Positions 27,606 to 39,128 are shown, numbered from the stretch's first letter. The stretch: 64,000 nt of DNA from Gaiellales bacterium (GCA_038328165.1 JBBQLT010000010.1:9663-73662), one strand, 5' to 3'. Program-made: numbers and translations. The notes: a model not told the origin generated them from the sequence alone.

Positions 27606-28514
27606 ATGAGGAGCGCACCAGGCGCGTTGACGAAAAGCACCTTCTCGATCGTTGCCGCCGACCCGCAGGCCGGGGAGGTGGGTTGCGCCGTCCAATCCAA
27701 GTACTTCTCCGTAGGCTCGGTGGTGCCGTGGGCCCGCGCCGGGCTCGGCGCCGCGGCGACACAGGCCGCGGGCGTCGCGATCTACGGTGAGCGCGCGCTC
27801 GACGAGCTCGCACTCGGTGTGCCTCCCGACGAGGCGATCGCGCACGTGTTGGCTTCAGACCCAGCGCGGGAGACGCGCCAGCTCGGGCTCGTCGCCGCCG
27901 ACGGCAGGGCGGCGTCGTTCACCGGCGCCGAATGTCCCGACTGGGCCGGCCATCTCATCGGTGCGGGGTTCGCCGTGCAGGGAAACATTCTCGCCGGGGA
28001 GTCCGTCGTCACCGAGATGGCGCGGGCCTACGAGGAGATGGTCGGGCCGCTCGTCGAGCGGCTCGTCGCCTCCCTCGAGGCCGGTCAGGCCGCGGGCGGC
28101 GACCGGCGAGGCCAGCAGTCGGCGGCGGTCATCGTGGAACGGGTCGGCGCGCGCTTCGAGTCGCGCGAGGGAATCGACCGGGTCTGTGACCTTCGTGTCG
28201 AGGACCATCCCGAGCCGATCGTCGAGTTGCGCCGCCTCGTCGGAATCTGGTCCACCTGGGAAGTCCAGAGGCAAGCGCACGCGCTCTCGGCGCGCGGGGA
28301 CCACGCCGGAGCCGCCGCCGCTCTTCGCTCTGAGCTCGAGCGGGGCGCCGAGGCAACCCTCTTCTACAACCTCGCCTGCTACGAGTCCCTTGCGGGGGAT
28401 GCTGCCGGGGCCATGGAGCATCTCCGCCGTGCGATCGAGCTCGATCCGTCCCACCGTGCACTCGCCGCGGGGGACCCGGACTTCGACCCGATTCGCCCGC
28501 TGCCCGATCTGTAG
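27606..28514 (+). CDS. DUF1028 (Ntn-hydrolase-fold) protein with C-terminal TPR-like helices
   Basis: The N-terminus TFSIVAADPQAGEVGCAVQSKYFSVGSVVPWARAGLGAAATQA is characteristic of DUF1028. The tail FYNLACYESLAGDAAGAMEHLRRAIELDP is TPR-like. Confidence 0.8.
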   Translation: MRSAPGALTKSTFSIVAADPQAGEVGCAVQSKYFSVGSVVPWARAGLGAAATQAAGVAIYGERALDELALGVPPDEAIAHVLASDPARETRQLGLVAADGRAASFTGAECPDWAGHLIGAGFAVQGNILAGESVVTEMARAYEEMVGPLVERLVASLEAGQAAGGDRRGQQSAAVIVERVGARFESREGIDRVCDLRVEDHPEPIVELRRLVGIWSTWEVQRQAHALSARGDHAGAAAALRSELERGAEATLFYNLACYESLAGDAAGAMEHLRRAIELDPSHRALAAGDPDFDPIRPLPDL

Positions 28515-28667
28515 CTCGAGCGTGTCGCCCTCGCGTGACAGGGCATGTCCAAATCGGGCAATGGCGCCTCGCCGGCCGCTTTGTCACGCTCTTGGCACGA
28601 AGATGGAACAGACATGCGACCATTGTCTCCGTATCGTTGCCGTCAAAGGCAACGAAAGGAGACGCAC

Positions 28668-29102
28668 GTGCGCAAGTGGTTTCTCATCTTGAGTGTGCTC
28701 GCCGTCCTCGCGGTTCCCGCCGGTGCTTCCGCGGCCGGTGGCGGTGGGCACATCCACGACGTCATCTGCGGTACCGCCTGTGATGGCGGTGGAGGTGGCT
28801 GGTCCGGCTGCACGCAGCTTCGAGCGGCGCATTCCGCGAGCGTCTGGCCGATCGCGTCGATCTCGCACTACCTGATCGTCAGCTACTGCAAGCGCTACGG
28901 AACCATCACCTCCGTGGCGATCTCAGCTCACGGCTGTGATACCGGCGGGGTGGCTTCGTGCGCCGTTGGCCCGGCCTGGCAGACAGGTGGGGGTGTCGGC
29001 TCGGGGTACGCTACGTTCGAGGCGCATGCGAACTGGTTCCTCTACACCTCGCCGTACTACAACAACAGCGACGTGCTGACTCTCACGGTTCCGCTCGGCT
29101 GA
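28668..29102 (+). CDS. secreted Cys/Gly-rich hypothetical protein
   Basis: SD GAAAGGAG lies before GTG 28668. Signal peptide VRKWFLILSVLAVLAVPAGASAAG, six Cys residues and Gly runs. I recognise no family. Confidence 0.6.
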   Translation: MRKWFLILSVLAVLAVPAGASAAGGGGHIHDVICGTACDGGGGGWSGCTQLRAAHSASVWPIASISHYLIVSYCKRYGTITSVAISAHGCDTGGVASCAVGPAWQTGGGVGSGYATFEAHANWFLYTSPYYNNSDVLTLTVPLG

Positions 29103-29191
29103 TGCCTCCGAGGTGGCTGACGACCACGGTGCTCGTCTGGTTGATCGCCGGCCTGGCGCTGCTCGTCCTCGTGAAGCTCATCCTGTCGTGA
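29102..29191 (+). CDS. possible 29-aa single-TM peptide
   Basis: ATG shares one base with the upstream stop (TGATG, the coupling pattern common in this window). Peptide MPPRWLTTTVLVWLIAGLALLVLVKLILS. Confidence 0.3.
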   Translation: MPPRWLTTTVLVWLIAGLALLVLVKLILS

Positions 29192-29279
29192 GCGACCGGA
29201 TGTCGCGGCCGTGGCTTCTCGCCCCACGGTCGCGCGCCGGACAATCCGCCGGGCCGTCCTCTTTCGTACACTTTCTGAG

Positions 29280-29525
29280 ATGTCGAGTGCCGCTTGGGAG
29301 TTGATCTTCATGTTGCTGATCCTGAAGATCCCGATTGTCTACCTGTGCTTCGTCGTCTGGTATGCGATTCGCGCCGAGCCCGAGCCCGGGGTCGACCCCA
29401 CCGACTACTCCGTCTGGCGCCCATGGCGGCGCCCGGACGGCCGCCGGCCGCGCCGCGGGGGCCCGCACGGCACGCGCGAGGCGGCCCGCCCGGCGCGTCC
29501 GCGCCGCGATAGAGTCGGCGCGTGA
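29280..29525 (+). CDS. small membrane protein with Arg-rich tail (81 aa)
   Basis: TACACT hexamer lies 7 nt upstream of the ATG, a leaderless-type arrangement. One TM helix (LIFMLLILKIPIVYLCFVVWYAI). Confidence 0.5.
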   Translation: MSSAAWELIFMLLILKIPIVYLCFVVWYAIRAEPEPGVDPTDYSVWRPWRRPDGRRPRRGGPHGTREAARPARPRRDRVGA

Positions 29526-29782
29526 TCGCTCCTCGCCGTGAACGGATCCGCCCAGCAGAGGCAGTCGCCGGACTCATGGCAGCCGGCGCCCTCTTCCTCG
29601 GTGCGCTCGAGCTCGCGTACCGTCCGTTCCGGCTTGCGCCGGCCGCGCTGATCCTCGTGCTCGTCGCGACGGTGATGAGCCGTGATCAGGAACGGCTGAT
29701 CACGCTGGCACTTGCGGTGATCGGCATCTGCTTCGTCGTCGGCGCAACGCTGCAGATACTCACGCACCACCCGCTCTATTAG
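29522..29782 (+). CDS. small polytopic membrane protein (86 aa)
   Basis: GTGA overlap with the upstream gene and two to three hydrophobic helices. Confidence 0.5.
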   Translation: MIAPRRERIRPAEAVAGLMAAGALFLGALELAYRPFRLAPAALILVLVATVMSRDQERLITLALAVIGICFVVGATLQILTHHPLY

Positions 29783-29843
29783 TGGTGTAACTCGCGTCCC
29801 GCCGAGAAGAGGACAAGCGGGGTCACCCTGGTACAACACAGGG

Positions 29844-32678
29844 ATGAGCTTGCACGACGTCGACGGCCTGAACGCCGGCTACGCGCGCGCTCTGCTCGAC
29901 GAGTACCTCGAGAACCCCGAGGCGGTGCCGTCCGAGTGGCGCGCGCTCTTCGAGAGCGGTGGCTCAGAGCTGGTCGCGACGCATCCCGGTCTCGCGCGCC
30001 TGCTCGAGGCGCTGCCGCAGGGCCGAAACGGCGAAAGCGGCCATGAGCCCCCGGCGGCGGCCCCGTCGCCCACGGCCGGCGTCGCCGGTGCAATCGACCA
30101 GCAGCTGCTTGGCGGCGTTGCCGCGGCGATGGCGCTCGTGAAGGCCCATCGAACGCACGGCCACCTCGCAGCCCGGCTCGATCCCCTCGGTTCCGAGCCG
30201 GTGGGCGATCCGTCGCTCGAGCCCATGCGCCTCGAGCCGAAGCTCACACCCGAGCTTCAGGCGCGGATCCCCGCGGCGCTCCTGCGCGTTCATGTCCCCG
30301 GCGACTCGCTGGCGGAGGTGCTCCCGAAGCTCTCCGAGACCTACTGCGGCACGATCGCCTACGAGCTCGAGCATCTCTCCGACCACCAGCAGCGCGTGTG
30401 GCTCCGACAGGCGATCGAATCCGGCCGGTACCGGCAGGCGCTCAGCGCGGAGGAGAAGCGCATGCTCTTCCGCCGCCTGTGCGAGGTCGACGGCATGGAG
30501 CGCTTCCTGCGGAAGCGATTCCTCGGGCAGAAGCAGTTTTCGCTCGAAGGCCTCGATGTGATGATCCCGATGCTCGACGAGACGCTCGAGCTCGCCTCCG
30601 ACTCCGGTGCGCACGACGTCGTGATGGGCATGGCGCACCGAGGACGCCTGAACGTCCTCGCTCACACGATCGGGATGCCGTACGAGTACATCCTGCGCGA
30701 GTTCGAGGGCGAGCGCACCCTTGACGCCGTCGCCGCCGATCCCGAAGGAGGGACGGGCGACGTCAAGTACCACCTTGCGGCTTACGGAACTCGCACGACG
30801 TCGAACGGGAAGGTCGGTGTGCGCCTCGTTGCGAACCCGAGCCACCTCGAGGCGGTCGATCCCGTCGTCGAGGGCCGGACGCGCGCCGAGCAGACAGATC
30901 GCTCGAGCCGGAACGGCGCGCACGATCCTTCGGTCGCGCTCGCGGTGCTGCTGCACGGCGACGCCGCGTTCGCGGGGCAGGGCGTGGTGGCCGAGACGGT
31001 CAACCTCCACGGCCTCGAGGGTTACTCCACGGGCGGCACGCTCCACCTGATCACGAACAACCAGATCGGCTTCACGACCGACCCGAGCGAAGGTCGCTCG
31101 ACGCGCTATTCGTCCGACCTCGCCAAGGGCTTCGATATCCCGATCGTGCACGTCAACGCCGACGATCCGGAGGCGGCCATCGCCGCCGTGCGCCTGTCGA
31201 TGGCCTACCGCCGCCGCTTCGGCCAGGACGTCGTCATTGATCTCGTCGGCTATCGGCGATTCGGCCACAACGAGCAGGACGAGGCTGCCTACACGCAGCC
31301 GCTGATGGTCGAGCAGATCGACGGCCACCCGAGCGTGCGTGAGCTGTACGAAGCCCGGCTCGTCGAGGAAGGCGTGCTGTCTCAGGCCGAAGCTGACACG
31401 TTCGTGCGCCAGGTGGAGTCGATGCTGCGCGACGCACACGAACGCCTGAAGGCCGCGCTCGACACCGAGACGCGCACGGTCGAGCACGACGGCGCGATCC
31501 CGCGCTCGACGACGGGTGAGGTGGTGACCGCCGTTGCTGCCGACGTTCTGAAGGCGTTGAACGAAGAGCTCCTTCGAACGCCGGAGGAGTTCACCGTGCA
31601 TCCGAAGCTCGCCAGGCAACTCGACCGTCGCCGCACCGCCGTCGAGGCAGGCGGCATCGACTGGGGGCAGGCCGAGGCGCTGTCGTTCGCGTCCTTGCTG
31701 CTCGACGGCATTCCGGTGCGCCTCAGCGGACAGGACTCGCAGCGCGGTACATTCTCGCAACGGCACCTCGTCCTCCACGACGTGCGCACCGCCGAGACGT
31801 TCACGCCGATGCAGTACCTCGACGACGCCACGGCGTCATTCGAAGTCTTCAACTCGCCACTTTCCGAGTTCGCGTGCGTCGGGTTCGAGTACGGATATTC
31901 CGCTGCGGCGCCGGAAGCACTCGTCCTCTGGGAGGCGCAGTACGGCGACTTCGCGAACGGCGCGCAGATCGTGATCGACCAGTTCATCTCGTCGGCGCTC
32001 TCGAAGTGGCGTGAGACGTCGCGGTTGACGCTGCTCCTGCCGCACGGGTACGAGGGCAACGGGCCCGAGCATTCGAGCGCGCGCCTGGAGCGGTTCCTGC
32101 AGTTGGGGGCGCAAGAAAACCTGCGGATCGTGAACTGCACCACCGCTGCGCAGTACTTCCACCTCCTCCGTCGCCAGGCGCTCGACGCCAACGCGCGCCC
32201 ACTCGTCGTGATGACTCCGAAGGGACTGCTCCGGCTGAAGGAGTCGTCCTCGACGCTCGGCGACCTCTCGACCGGCACGTTCCTGCCGGTGATCGACGAT
32301 GCCGCTGCCGATAAGGCAGCGGTGCGTAGGCTCGTGCTCTGCTCCGGCAAGGTGTACTACGACCTGCTCGGCCACGAGGCACGCGGCGATGGACGAGGTG
32401 TCGCGGTCGCCCGCGTCGAGCAGCTGTATCCGTTCCCTTCCGACGCGGTGCGTGCGCTCGTCTCCGCCTATCCCTCGCTCGACGAGGTGGTGTGGGCGCA
32501 GGAGGAGCCGCAGAACATGGGGCCCTGGCGGTCGATCCGCCATCGCTTGGAGGAAGCCTCGGGGAACGTGCGGTTGCGGTACGTCGGCCGGACGTGGCGC
32601 GCGAGCCCGTCAGAGGGCTACCCGACGGCACACGGAATCGAGCAGGACCGCATCGCCCGCGCCGCGCTCGAGCTGTAG
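29844..32678 (+). CDS. sucA: 2-oxoglutarate dehydrogenase E1 component
   Basis: The N-terminus LNAGYARALLDEYLENPEAVPSEW, a ThDP region (GDAAFAGQGVVAET) and transketolase-like domains. 944 aa, with no fused E2 segment. Confidence 0.95.
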   Translation: MSLHDVDGLNAGYARALLDEYLENPEAVPSEWRALFESGGSELVATHPGLARLLEALPQGRNGESGHEPPAAAPSPTAGVAGAIDQQLLGGVAAAMALVKAHRTHGHLAARLDPLGSEPVGDPSLEPMRLEPKLTPELQARIPAALLRVHVPGDSLAEVLPKLSETYCGTIAYELEHLSDHQQRVWLRQAIESGRYRQALSAEEKRMLFRRLCEVDGMERFLRKRFLGQKQFSLEGLDVMIPMLDETLELASDSGAHDVVMGMAHRGRLNVLAHTIGMPYEYILREFEGERTLDAVAADPEGGTGDVKYHLAAYGTRTTSNGKVGVRLVANPSHLEAVDPVVEGRTRAEQTDRSSRNGAHDPSVALAVLLHGDAAFAGQGVVAETVNLHGLEGYSTGGTLHLITNNQIGFTTDPSEGRSTRYSSDLAKGFDIPIVHVNADDPEAAIAAVRLSMAYRRRFGQDVVIDLVGYRRFGHNEQDEAAYTQPLMVEQIDGHPSVRELYEARLVEEGVLSQAEADTFVRQVESMLRDAHERLKAALDTETRTVEHDGAIPRSTTGEVVTAVAADVLKALNEELLRTPEEFTVHPKLARQLDRRRTAVEAGGIDWGQAEALSFASLLLDGIPVRLSGQDSQRGTFSQRHLVLHDVRTAETFTPMQYLDDATASFEVFNSPLSEFACVGFEYGYSAAAPEALVLWEAQYGDFANGAQIVIDQFISSALSKWRETSRLTLLLPHGYEGNGPEHSSARLERFLQLGAQENLRIVNCTTAAQYFHLLRRQALDANARPLVVMTPKGLLRLKESSSTLGDLSTGTFLPVIDDAAADKAAVRRLVLCSGKVYYDLLGHEARGDGRGVAVARVEQLYPFPSDAVRALVSAYPSLDEVVWAQEEPQNMGPWRSIRHRLEEASGNVRLRYVGRTWRASPSEGYPTAHGIEQDRIARAALEL

Positions 32679-32685
32679 CGGACTC

Positions 32686-32865
32686 TTACCGTTTCGGCCG
32701 GCGGCGCTGGGTCTCGAGCGCCTGCTTGGCGATCCGCGGGCCGTGCGTCCGTGCTTGCTTTGCGACCCACCGCCGCTGCTTCGGCGGCAGCCGGCGCCAG
32801 ATGTCCCAGATCGTGAGGGCGGCGCCGATGGGGCCGAGACGGCGGGTGAGTCCGAGCCGGGGCAT
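32686..32865 (-). CDS. small basic hypothetical protein (59 aa, below the ORF-track cutoff)
   Basis: My translation of the minus strand gives MPRLGLTRRLGPIGAALTIWDIWRRLPPKQRRWVAKQARTHGPRIAKQALETQRRRPKR. GC3 is high, and a CACAAT hexamer lies 6 nt upstream of the ATG (leaderless-type). Confidence 0.4.
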   Translation of the reverse strand: MPRLGLTRRLGPIGAALTIWDIWRRLPPKQRRWVAKQARTHGPRIAKQALETQRRRPKR

Positions 32866-32978
32866 GCGCGCATTGTGCCCGGCCTGGCTGCCCCGCGGGG
32901 CCGGAACTGCACCGCGCCGTCGCCAGGCCGGACTCCGGACCGCGTCAGCCGTGTCGGCCGAATCCGATTCTTCGAAGA

Positions 32979-32988
32979 TGGTCTAGAC
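32979..32988. promoter_or_regulatory. dre/GntR-like operator core TGGTCTAGAC overlapping a TAGACT -10-like hexamer
   Basis: aTGGTCTAGACtt lies 12-21 nt upstream of ATG 33000. TAGACT occupies 32984-32989. Confidence 0.4.
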
Positions 32989-32999
32989 TTCACTCAGAA

Positions 33000-33395
33000 A
33001 TGGCGTCAGAGCAGGAGGATTTCATGACCGTGGACACGTCGATGTTCGCGCAGGTGATCCAGGACCATCTCGAGCTCAAGCGCAGGAACGCGGCGCTCGA
33101 GCACGAGTTGCCTCTCGGCAGGTACATGTCTGTGGACCCGTTCGAGAATCACCCGCTCTTCAAGACCGAGGAGCAGGCGCGGCACGAGGACACCATGGAC
33201 GGTGTTCAGGGCATCGAAGCCGAGGAGACCTCGCTCGACTGGCCGAGCACCGACGACACGTTCATCGACGAGCCGCAAGCGCCGCTGCCTTCCTCCGAGG
33301 AGACGCAGGAGGTTGCCGCGACCGCGTCAGACCCGGATCAGCCGTCCGACGAGAACCTCTGGTCGCGCTCGCGCGACTTCGACTGGGGCGACTGA
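33000..33395 (+). CDS. acidic hypothetical protein (131 aa)
   Basis: High-GC3 ORF with an N-terminal helical segment (FAQVIQDHLELKRRNAALEHEL) and a D/E/P-rich tail ending DFDWGD. I recognise no family. Confidence 0.55.
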   Translation: MASEQEDFMTVDTSMFAQVIQDHLELKRRNAALEHELPLGRYMSVDPFENHPLFKTEEQARHEDTMDGVQGIEAEETSLDWPSTDDTFIDEPQAPLPSSEETQEVAATASDPDQPSDENLWSRSRDFDWGD

Positions 33396-33407
33396 CGGGG
33401 TTGTCGC

Positions 33408-35288
33408 TTACGGCTGCGCGAGCCGCAGCCAGAGGTTGTCGAGCACGCGTTTGATCGGCCAGAAGGTCGCTGAGCCGCCGAAGTCGAGCGTGCCTGCGGC
33501 GAAGACCTTCGCGCCCGCAGGCGTCTCGTAGTAGCTCATCTGCGCAGTGATCCCTGGCCCGAAGAGGTCGGGAATCTGCGCGAGGACGATCGTGCCCGGC
33601 GGCGACTCCGGCGTGGTCGCGTCGATCTCGATGCCGTAGCCGCCAACGAACTGACCGAAGGTCGACCCGTCCGTCAGGCCCGTTCCGTCCCACAGCCATG
33701 GTGCCGCGGCCGTCGGTTGCACCGTGAAGAGACCCTGCTTCTGGCCGTTGTCGTTCGCCCGGTACTGCACACCGATAAGGCGCGCTTCGGGCCGGCCCGC
33801 GTCGCGCCACTCGCCGATCTTGTGCAGCAGCTGCGCCTGCTTGTCGACCTTCCAGAAGAAGTTGTTCGCGGACAGGAACATCAGGTTCCCGCCGAGGTCA
33901 CGGAACCTCTCGATGACGTCGTACTCGTGTGACGTCACGTACTCCTCGTGACCCTCGAAGACGATCAGGTCGTAGGAATGCGCAAGGTCGTCGCCGGCGC
34001 TGATCGCATCGAAGTCGGAGTCGGAGATGAACTCGGCACTCTTCCCGGACCAGTACAGCCAGTGCAGGAACGGGAGGTCGTACCGGTAGAAGCGCGGCGG
34101 CACGCCGCGCGCGATATACGTGCGGCCGAGGTCAACGTTTCGGTTCGGCGGGCCCGCGTACCACGTATCGCCGTAACCGTCACCGTTCACATCCTGGAAG
34201 TTGTAGGCCTGCCAGGTATTCGTGGGGAGAACGACGAGGATACGGCTCGTCTGCCCGAGGAACGTCGGCCGGACGACGAACGGCGCGTAGCCGACCCGCC
34301 CGTCGGGCCCGGCGAATTGCGCGTAGTAGAGACCGCTCGCGAGCGTCGGGATGTGGAAGCCGATCCGGTGCTGCGTGCTCTGCCACTCTTTCCAGTCGAG
34401 CGTGACGGGCGCCTGGTCGACCTCGATTCCCGCGAGTTGGTTGTCGGCGTAGGTGATCACCTGCTCCGGTCCCGCATGAAACACACGCAGCGTCAGTGAG
34501 GGCTCGTCGGTCGCGATGTGGATGTAAGCGATGTCGCCGGGCAGGTAGCTGGGCTTCGTGAAGCCGGCGTCGATTCCCTGGAGGCGCACGACGGGGCCAC
34601 GCGGGGCGCGGCCGACGAACGCGTTCGTTGCGCCGTAGACGACCCGGTTGCCGGCAAGGTCGACCGACGTCAGCCGAACGAGGTACGTGCGCGGGTTGAG
34701 ATTGGGGCCTGGAACCCACGTCATCGTGTGCTTGCCGCGCGCGAACTGCGCGGTGAGCGTGGAGAGAGGGTGCGGCGCTTTGACCGTGCGCGTGACCTCC
34801 ATCGTGACCGTGGCCTCCTCGCCGAGGCGGAAGGAGATATCGGCGTGGTCTCGGAAGCCGTCGCCGTTCGGTGAGACGGTTGTCAGGAGCGCCGAGTCCT
34901 TCATGAAGGGCGTTGATCCGTTGTCGGCGCGAAGGTCGTGCAGCAGCGGGGGATGCGTGTCGATTCGCAGCGGCGCGGTCGCGAGAACGGACGACCGGTA
35001 GACGAGTCGCACGAGGTAGCTCCCGTTCGGCACGCGGCGGCCGCGGATGCGCCCATTCCAGCCGATCGCGAGCGCGGTCCGCCGCGCGGGCGGGACGATC
35101 CAGCCGACCGAGCGGCCCCTCCGGGTCGCGAGCCCCACACCGACTTGCCGGGGAACGGAGAGCTTCGCCGAGATCTGCAGCTGCGCACGGAGCGGGGAGT
35201 AGTCATGGGGTGCGACCGTCAGCGTTGCGGCGTGCGCCGGCGCCGCAACCGCGAAGGTGGCCACGACGAGGAGACCCAGACGGCGCAT
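33408..35288 (-). CDS. secreted protein: N-terminal FlgD-Ig-like repeats plus a C-terminal domain like the N,N-dimethylformamidase large subunit
   Basis: Signal peptide [20 protein letters not shown] and two SPNGDG/Ig-like segments. The C-terminal half contains [13 protein letters not shown] and [11 protein letters not shown], typical of the DMFase-beta-like family. Confidence 0.7.
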   Translation of the reverse strand: MRRLGLLVVATFAVAAPAHAATLTVAPHDYSPLRAQLQISAKLSVPRQVGVGLATRRGRSVGWIVPPARRTALAIGWNGRIRGRRVPNGSYLVRLVYRSSVLATAPLRIDTHPPLLHDLRADNGSTPFMKDSALLTTVSPNGDGFRDHADISFRLGEEATVTMEVTRTVKAPHPLSTLTAQFARGKHTMTWVPGPNLNPRTYLVRLTSVDLAGNRVVYGATNAFVGRAPRGPVVRLQGIDAGFTKPSYLPGDIAYIHIATDEPSLTLRVFHAGPEQVITYADNQLAGIEVDQAPVTLDWKEWQSTQHRIGFHIPTLASGLYYAQFAGPDGRVGYAPFVVRPTFLGQTSRILVVLPTNTWQAYNFQDVNGDGYGDTWYAGPPNRNVDLGRTYIARGVPPRFYRYDLPFLHWLYWSGKSAEFISDSDFDAISAGDDLAHSYDLIVFEGHEEYVTSHEYDVIERFRDLGGNLMFLSANNFFWKVDKQAQLLHKIGEWRDAGRPEARLIGVQYRANDNGQKQGLFTVQPTAAAPWLWDGTGLTDGSTFGQFVGGYGIEIDATTPESPPGTIVLAQIPDLFGPGITAQMSYYETPAGAKVFAAGTLDFGGSATFWPIKRVLDNLWLRLAQP

Positions 35289-35319
35289 CGCTCGGCAGGG
35301 TAGCCGCGCGTGAGGATGC

Positions 35320-35748
35320 TCAGGTTCGCTGCTCGAGCTCGTTCGACTTGTGCGTCAGGGCCGAGAAACCGGCTTGTAGCCAGTCGTTCGCGCCCGCGGC
35401 GGCGAGCGACCACGTGAGGATCCTCCCGAATCGTGGAGCGAGGATCTGCGTGCTCCCGAGGCCCGCGGCGACCCAGGTGCCGATGCAGCGCGAGCACGTG
35501 ACGAGCTCTCCGATTGCCTGGCGAAGGTCGCCGGTCTCCACGGGTTCTTCGGCCCCCTCGCGTGCTGCGCCTTCCACGAACGGCTCGCGAAGGAAGCTCG
35601 TCACGTCGTCGCGCGCGATCGTCCGGGCAGCCTTGAACGTCGCCAATCCGAGGACCGTGAGGTCGAGCGCATCGTGGTCGCGCGGGTCGCGGTCGAGCAG
35701 GCGCGCGAGTAATCCTGCGACAGCGAGTCCGCCGACGAAGGTTCCCAT
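35320..35748 (-). CDS. DUF1360 domain membrane protein
   Basis: [27 protein letters not shown]...[15 protein letters not shown], the CxxC-x2-W hallmark of DUF1360. Confidence 0.7.
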   Translation of the reverse strand: MGTFVGGLAVAGLLARLLDRDPRDHDALDLTVLGLATFKAARTIARDDVTSFLREPFVEGAAREGAEEPVETGDLRQAIGELVTCSRCIGTWVAAGLGSTQILAPRFGRILTWSLAAAGANDWLQAGFSALTHKSNELEQRT

Positions 35749-35830
35749 GATCGTGGCGTACGCGGGAGGGCGGGGAGATCGCTCGCGCGGGGGTCATCTG
35801 AGCGGTCATGCCGGATACCCTGTGCCTTGC

Positions 35831-37836
<2,006 letters not shown>

Positions 37837-37840
<4 letters not shown>

Positions 37841-38310
37841 GCCTCGGGCTCGTCCTGGCCATCCTCTTTTCGGGATTCTTCACCGGCGCGCTCGCGCGGC
37901 TTGCGATCCCGGGCCCGGATCCGATGCCGATCTGGCTGACGATCGCGATCGGGCTTGCCGGATCGATCGTCGGCGCCGTCGTCGGGAAGGAGCTCTCACA
38001 TGGCAACGGCTACGTCGTGTCGTTCACGTCGTTTGCGGTGGCGATCGCGCTCGTCGCGGCCTACCGCCGCTACGTGCAGAAGCGGCCGATCTTCGGCCCG
38101 GGGGCGCGAGCCTTCCCCGATCGCGGCCTGGGCGTCGAGCAGCAGCGGGAGCGACTGCAGAAGCTCGGGGTCAACCCGGACGCGCTCGCACCCGACCCGA
38201 AGCACTTCGAACGGGCACGGCTCGACGCAATGCTCGTCGAATTGCACCGCGCCGGTGTGCTCGACGACGATGAGCTTACCGCGAAGCGCGCCGCGCTCGA
38301 CGCGCGCTAG
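37837..38310 (+). CDS. GlsB/YeaQ/YmgE-family stress membrane protein fused to a C-terminal SHOCT-like helix pair
   Basis: TM region [20 protein letters not shown]...[18 protein letters not shown]. The tail [26 protein letters not shown] matches the SHOCT pattern. ATGA overlap with uvrB. Confidence 0.7.
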
Positions 38311-39128
38311 GAAGGATCGACGGCGAGGGGCTCGCGGCCGCGCGCGAAGGTGCGCACGGCCGTGAGCCCCCAGTCGTCCTCCCGCCAGATGTAGGTCTCC
38401 ACCCGGAGCGTCCGGTCGCCGGCGACGTAGACCACACAGCCGCGCGCCTCGCCGCGGCGCTGCGGGCGCGGCTGGCCGAGGCCCGGCGCGATCGAGATCA
38501 CGACGCCGCGCACGTCGCCGGTGATCACTTCGAACTCGTGTCGTTCCGAGACCGTGCCCTGGTGGATATGCCCGCCGACGATCAGCTCCGCTCCCGAATC
38601 GACGAGTTGCGAGAGGACGTGGTTACGGCGCGCAACCGGCTTCTTCCTCGACCGCCAGGGCGCGCCGATCATCTGGTGGTGCAGGGTCACGACGCGGAGG
38701 GCCTCGGGGGAGCCTTCGCGAAGCTTGGCTGTCGCCCGGGCGAGCTGGGTGCCGCTCACCCCGCCCGACTGATGGCGCCAGGGTCGCACCGAGTTGATCC
38801 CGACGACGTGCGCGGTCGGGCTCGAGTAGGTCGGCTCGGTCGTCTTCCACTCTCGCTCGAATTCCGTCCACGTCGAGCTGAAGCGGGCCGGGAATGTGTA
38901 GGGGATGTCATGGTTGCCGGGCACTGCGAGCACCGGTAATCCGAACGTCCGCAGGAAATTCGCGGCGAGCTCGTGTTGTGAGCGCCGGCCGCGATGCGTC
39001 AGGTCGCCGCTTGCGATTACGAGCTCGGGGGCGACGCGATCGACCAATCCCGTCAGCGCACGCTCGAGAACCGGGTCGTCACGAGCGCCGAAATGGAGAT
39101 CCGACACGTGCAGGATACGAGTAGCCAA
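38307..39128 (-). CDS. metallophosphoesterase
   Basis: ILHVSDLHFG, GDLTHRG, GNHD and GHIH motifs. Its stop shares the palindrome CTAG with the convergent upstream gene. Confidence 0.85.
   Translation of the reverse strand: MATRILHVSDLHFGARDDPVLERALTGLVDRVAPELVIASGDLTHRGRRSQHELAANFLRTFGLPVLAVPGNHDIPYTFPARFSSTWTEFEREWKTTEPTYSSPTAHVVGINSVRPWRHQSGGVSGTQLARATAKLREGSPEALRVVTLHHQMIGAPWRSRKKPVARRNHVLSQLVDSGAELIVGGHIHQGTVSERHEFEVITGDVRGVVISIAPGLGQPRPQRRGEARGCVVYVAGDRTLRVETYIWREDDWGLTAVRTFARGREPLAVDPS

Noticed and set aside
32610-32993. The 127-aa minus-strand track ORF between sucA and the 33000 gene.
   Set aside because: Its translation is Arg/Ser/Gly/Pro-rich with no features. It would overlap the sucA end and run through the divergent promoter region. 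The 59-aa ORF in a different frame has much better codon-position bias and promoter geometry.
34913-35830. A 300-codon N-terminal extension of the uvrB ORF. Similar 5' extensions occur on uvrA (41103), obg (20961), gdhA (54152), ggt (722), the DUF1028 gene (27216) and prx (24921).
   Set aside because: The extensions are Arg/Ser-rich and overlap well-supported genes on the other strand or frame. The conserved protein N-termini begin at the internal starts I list, often with an SD, a -10-like hexamer or an NTGA overlap.
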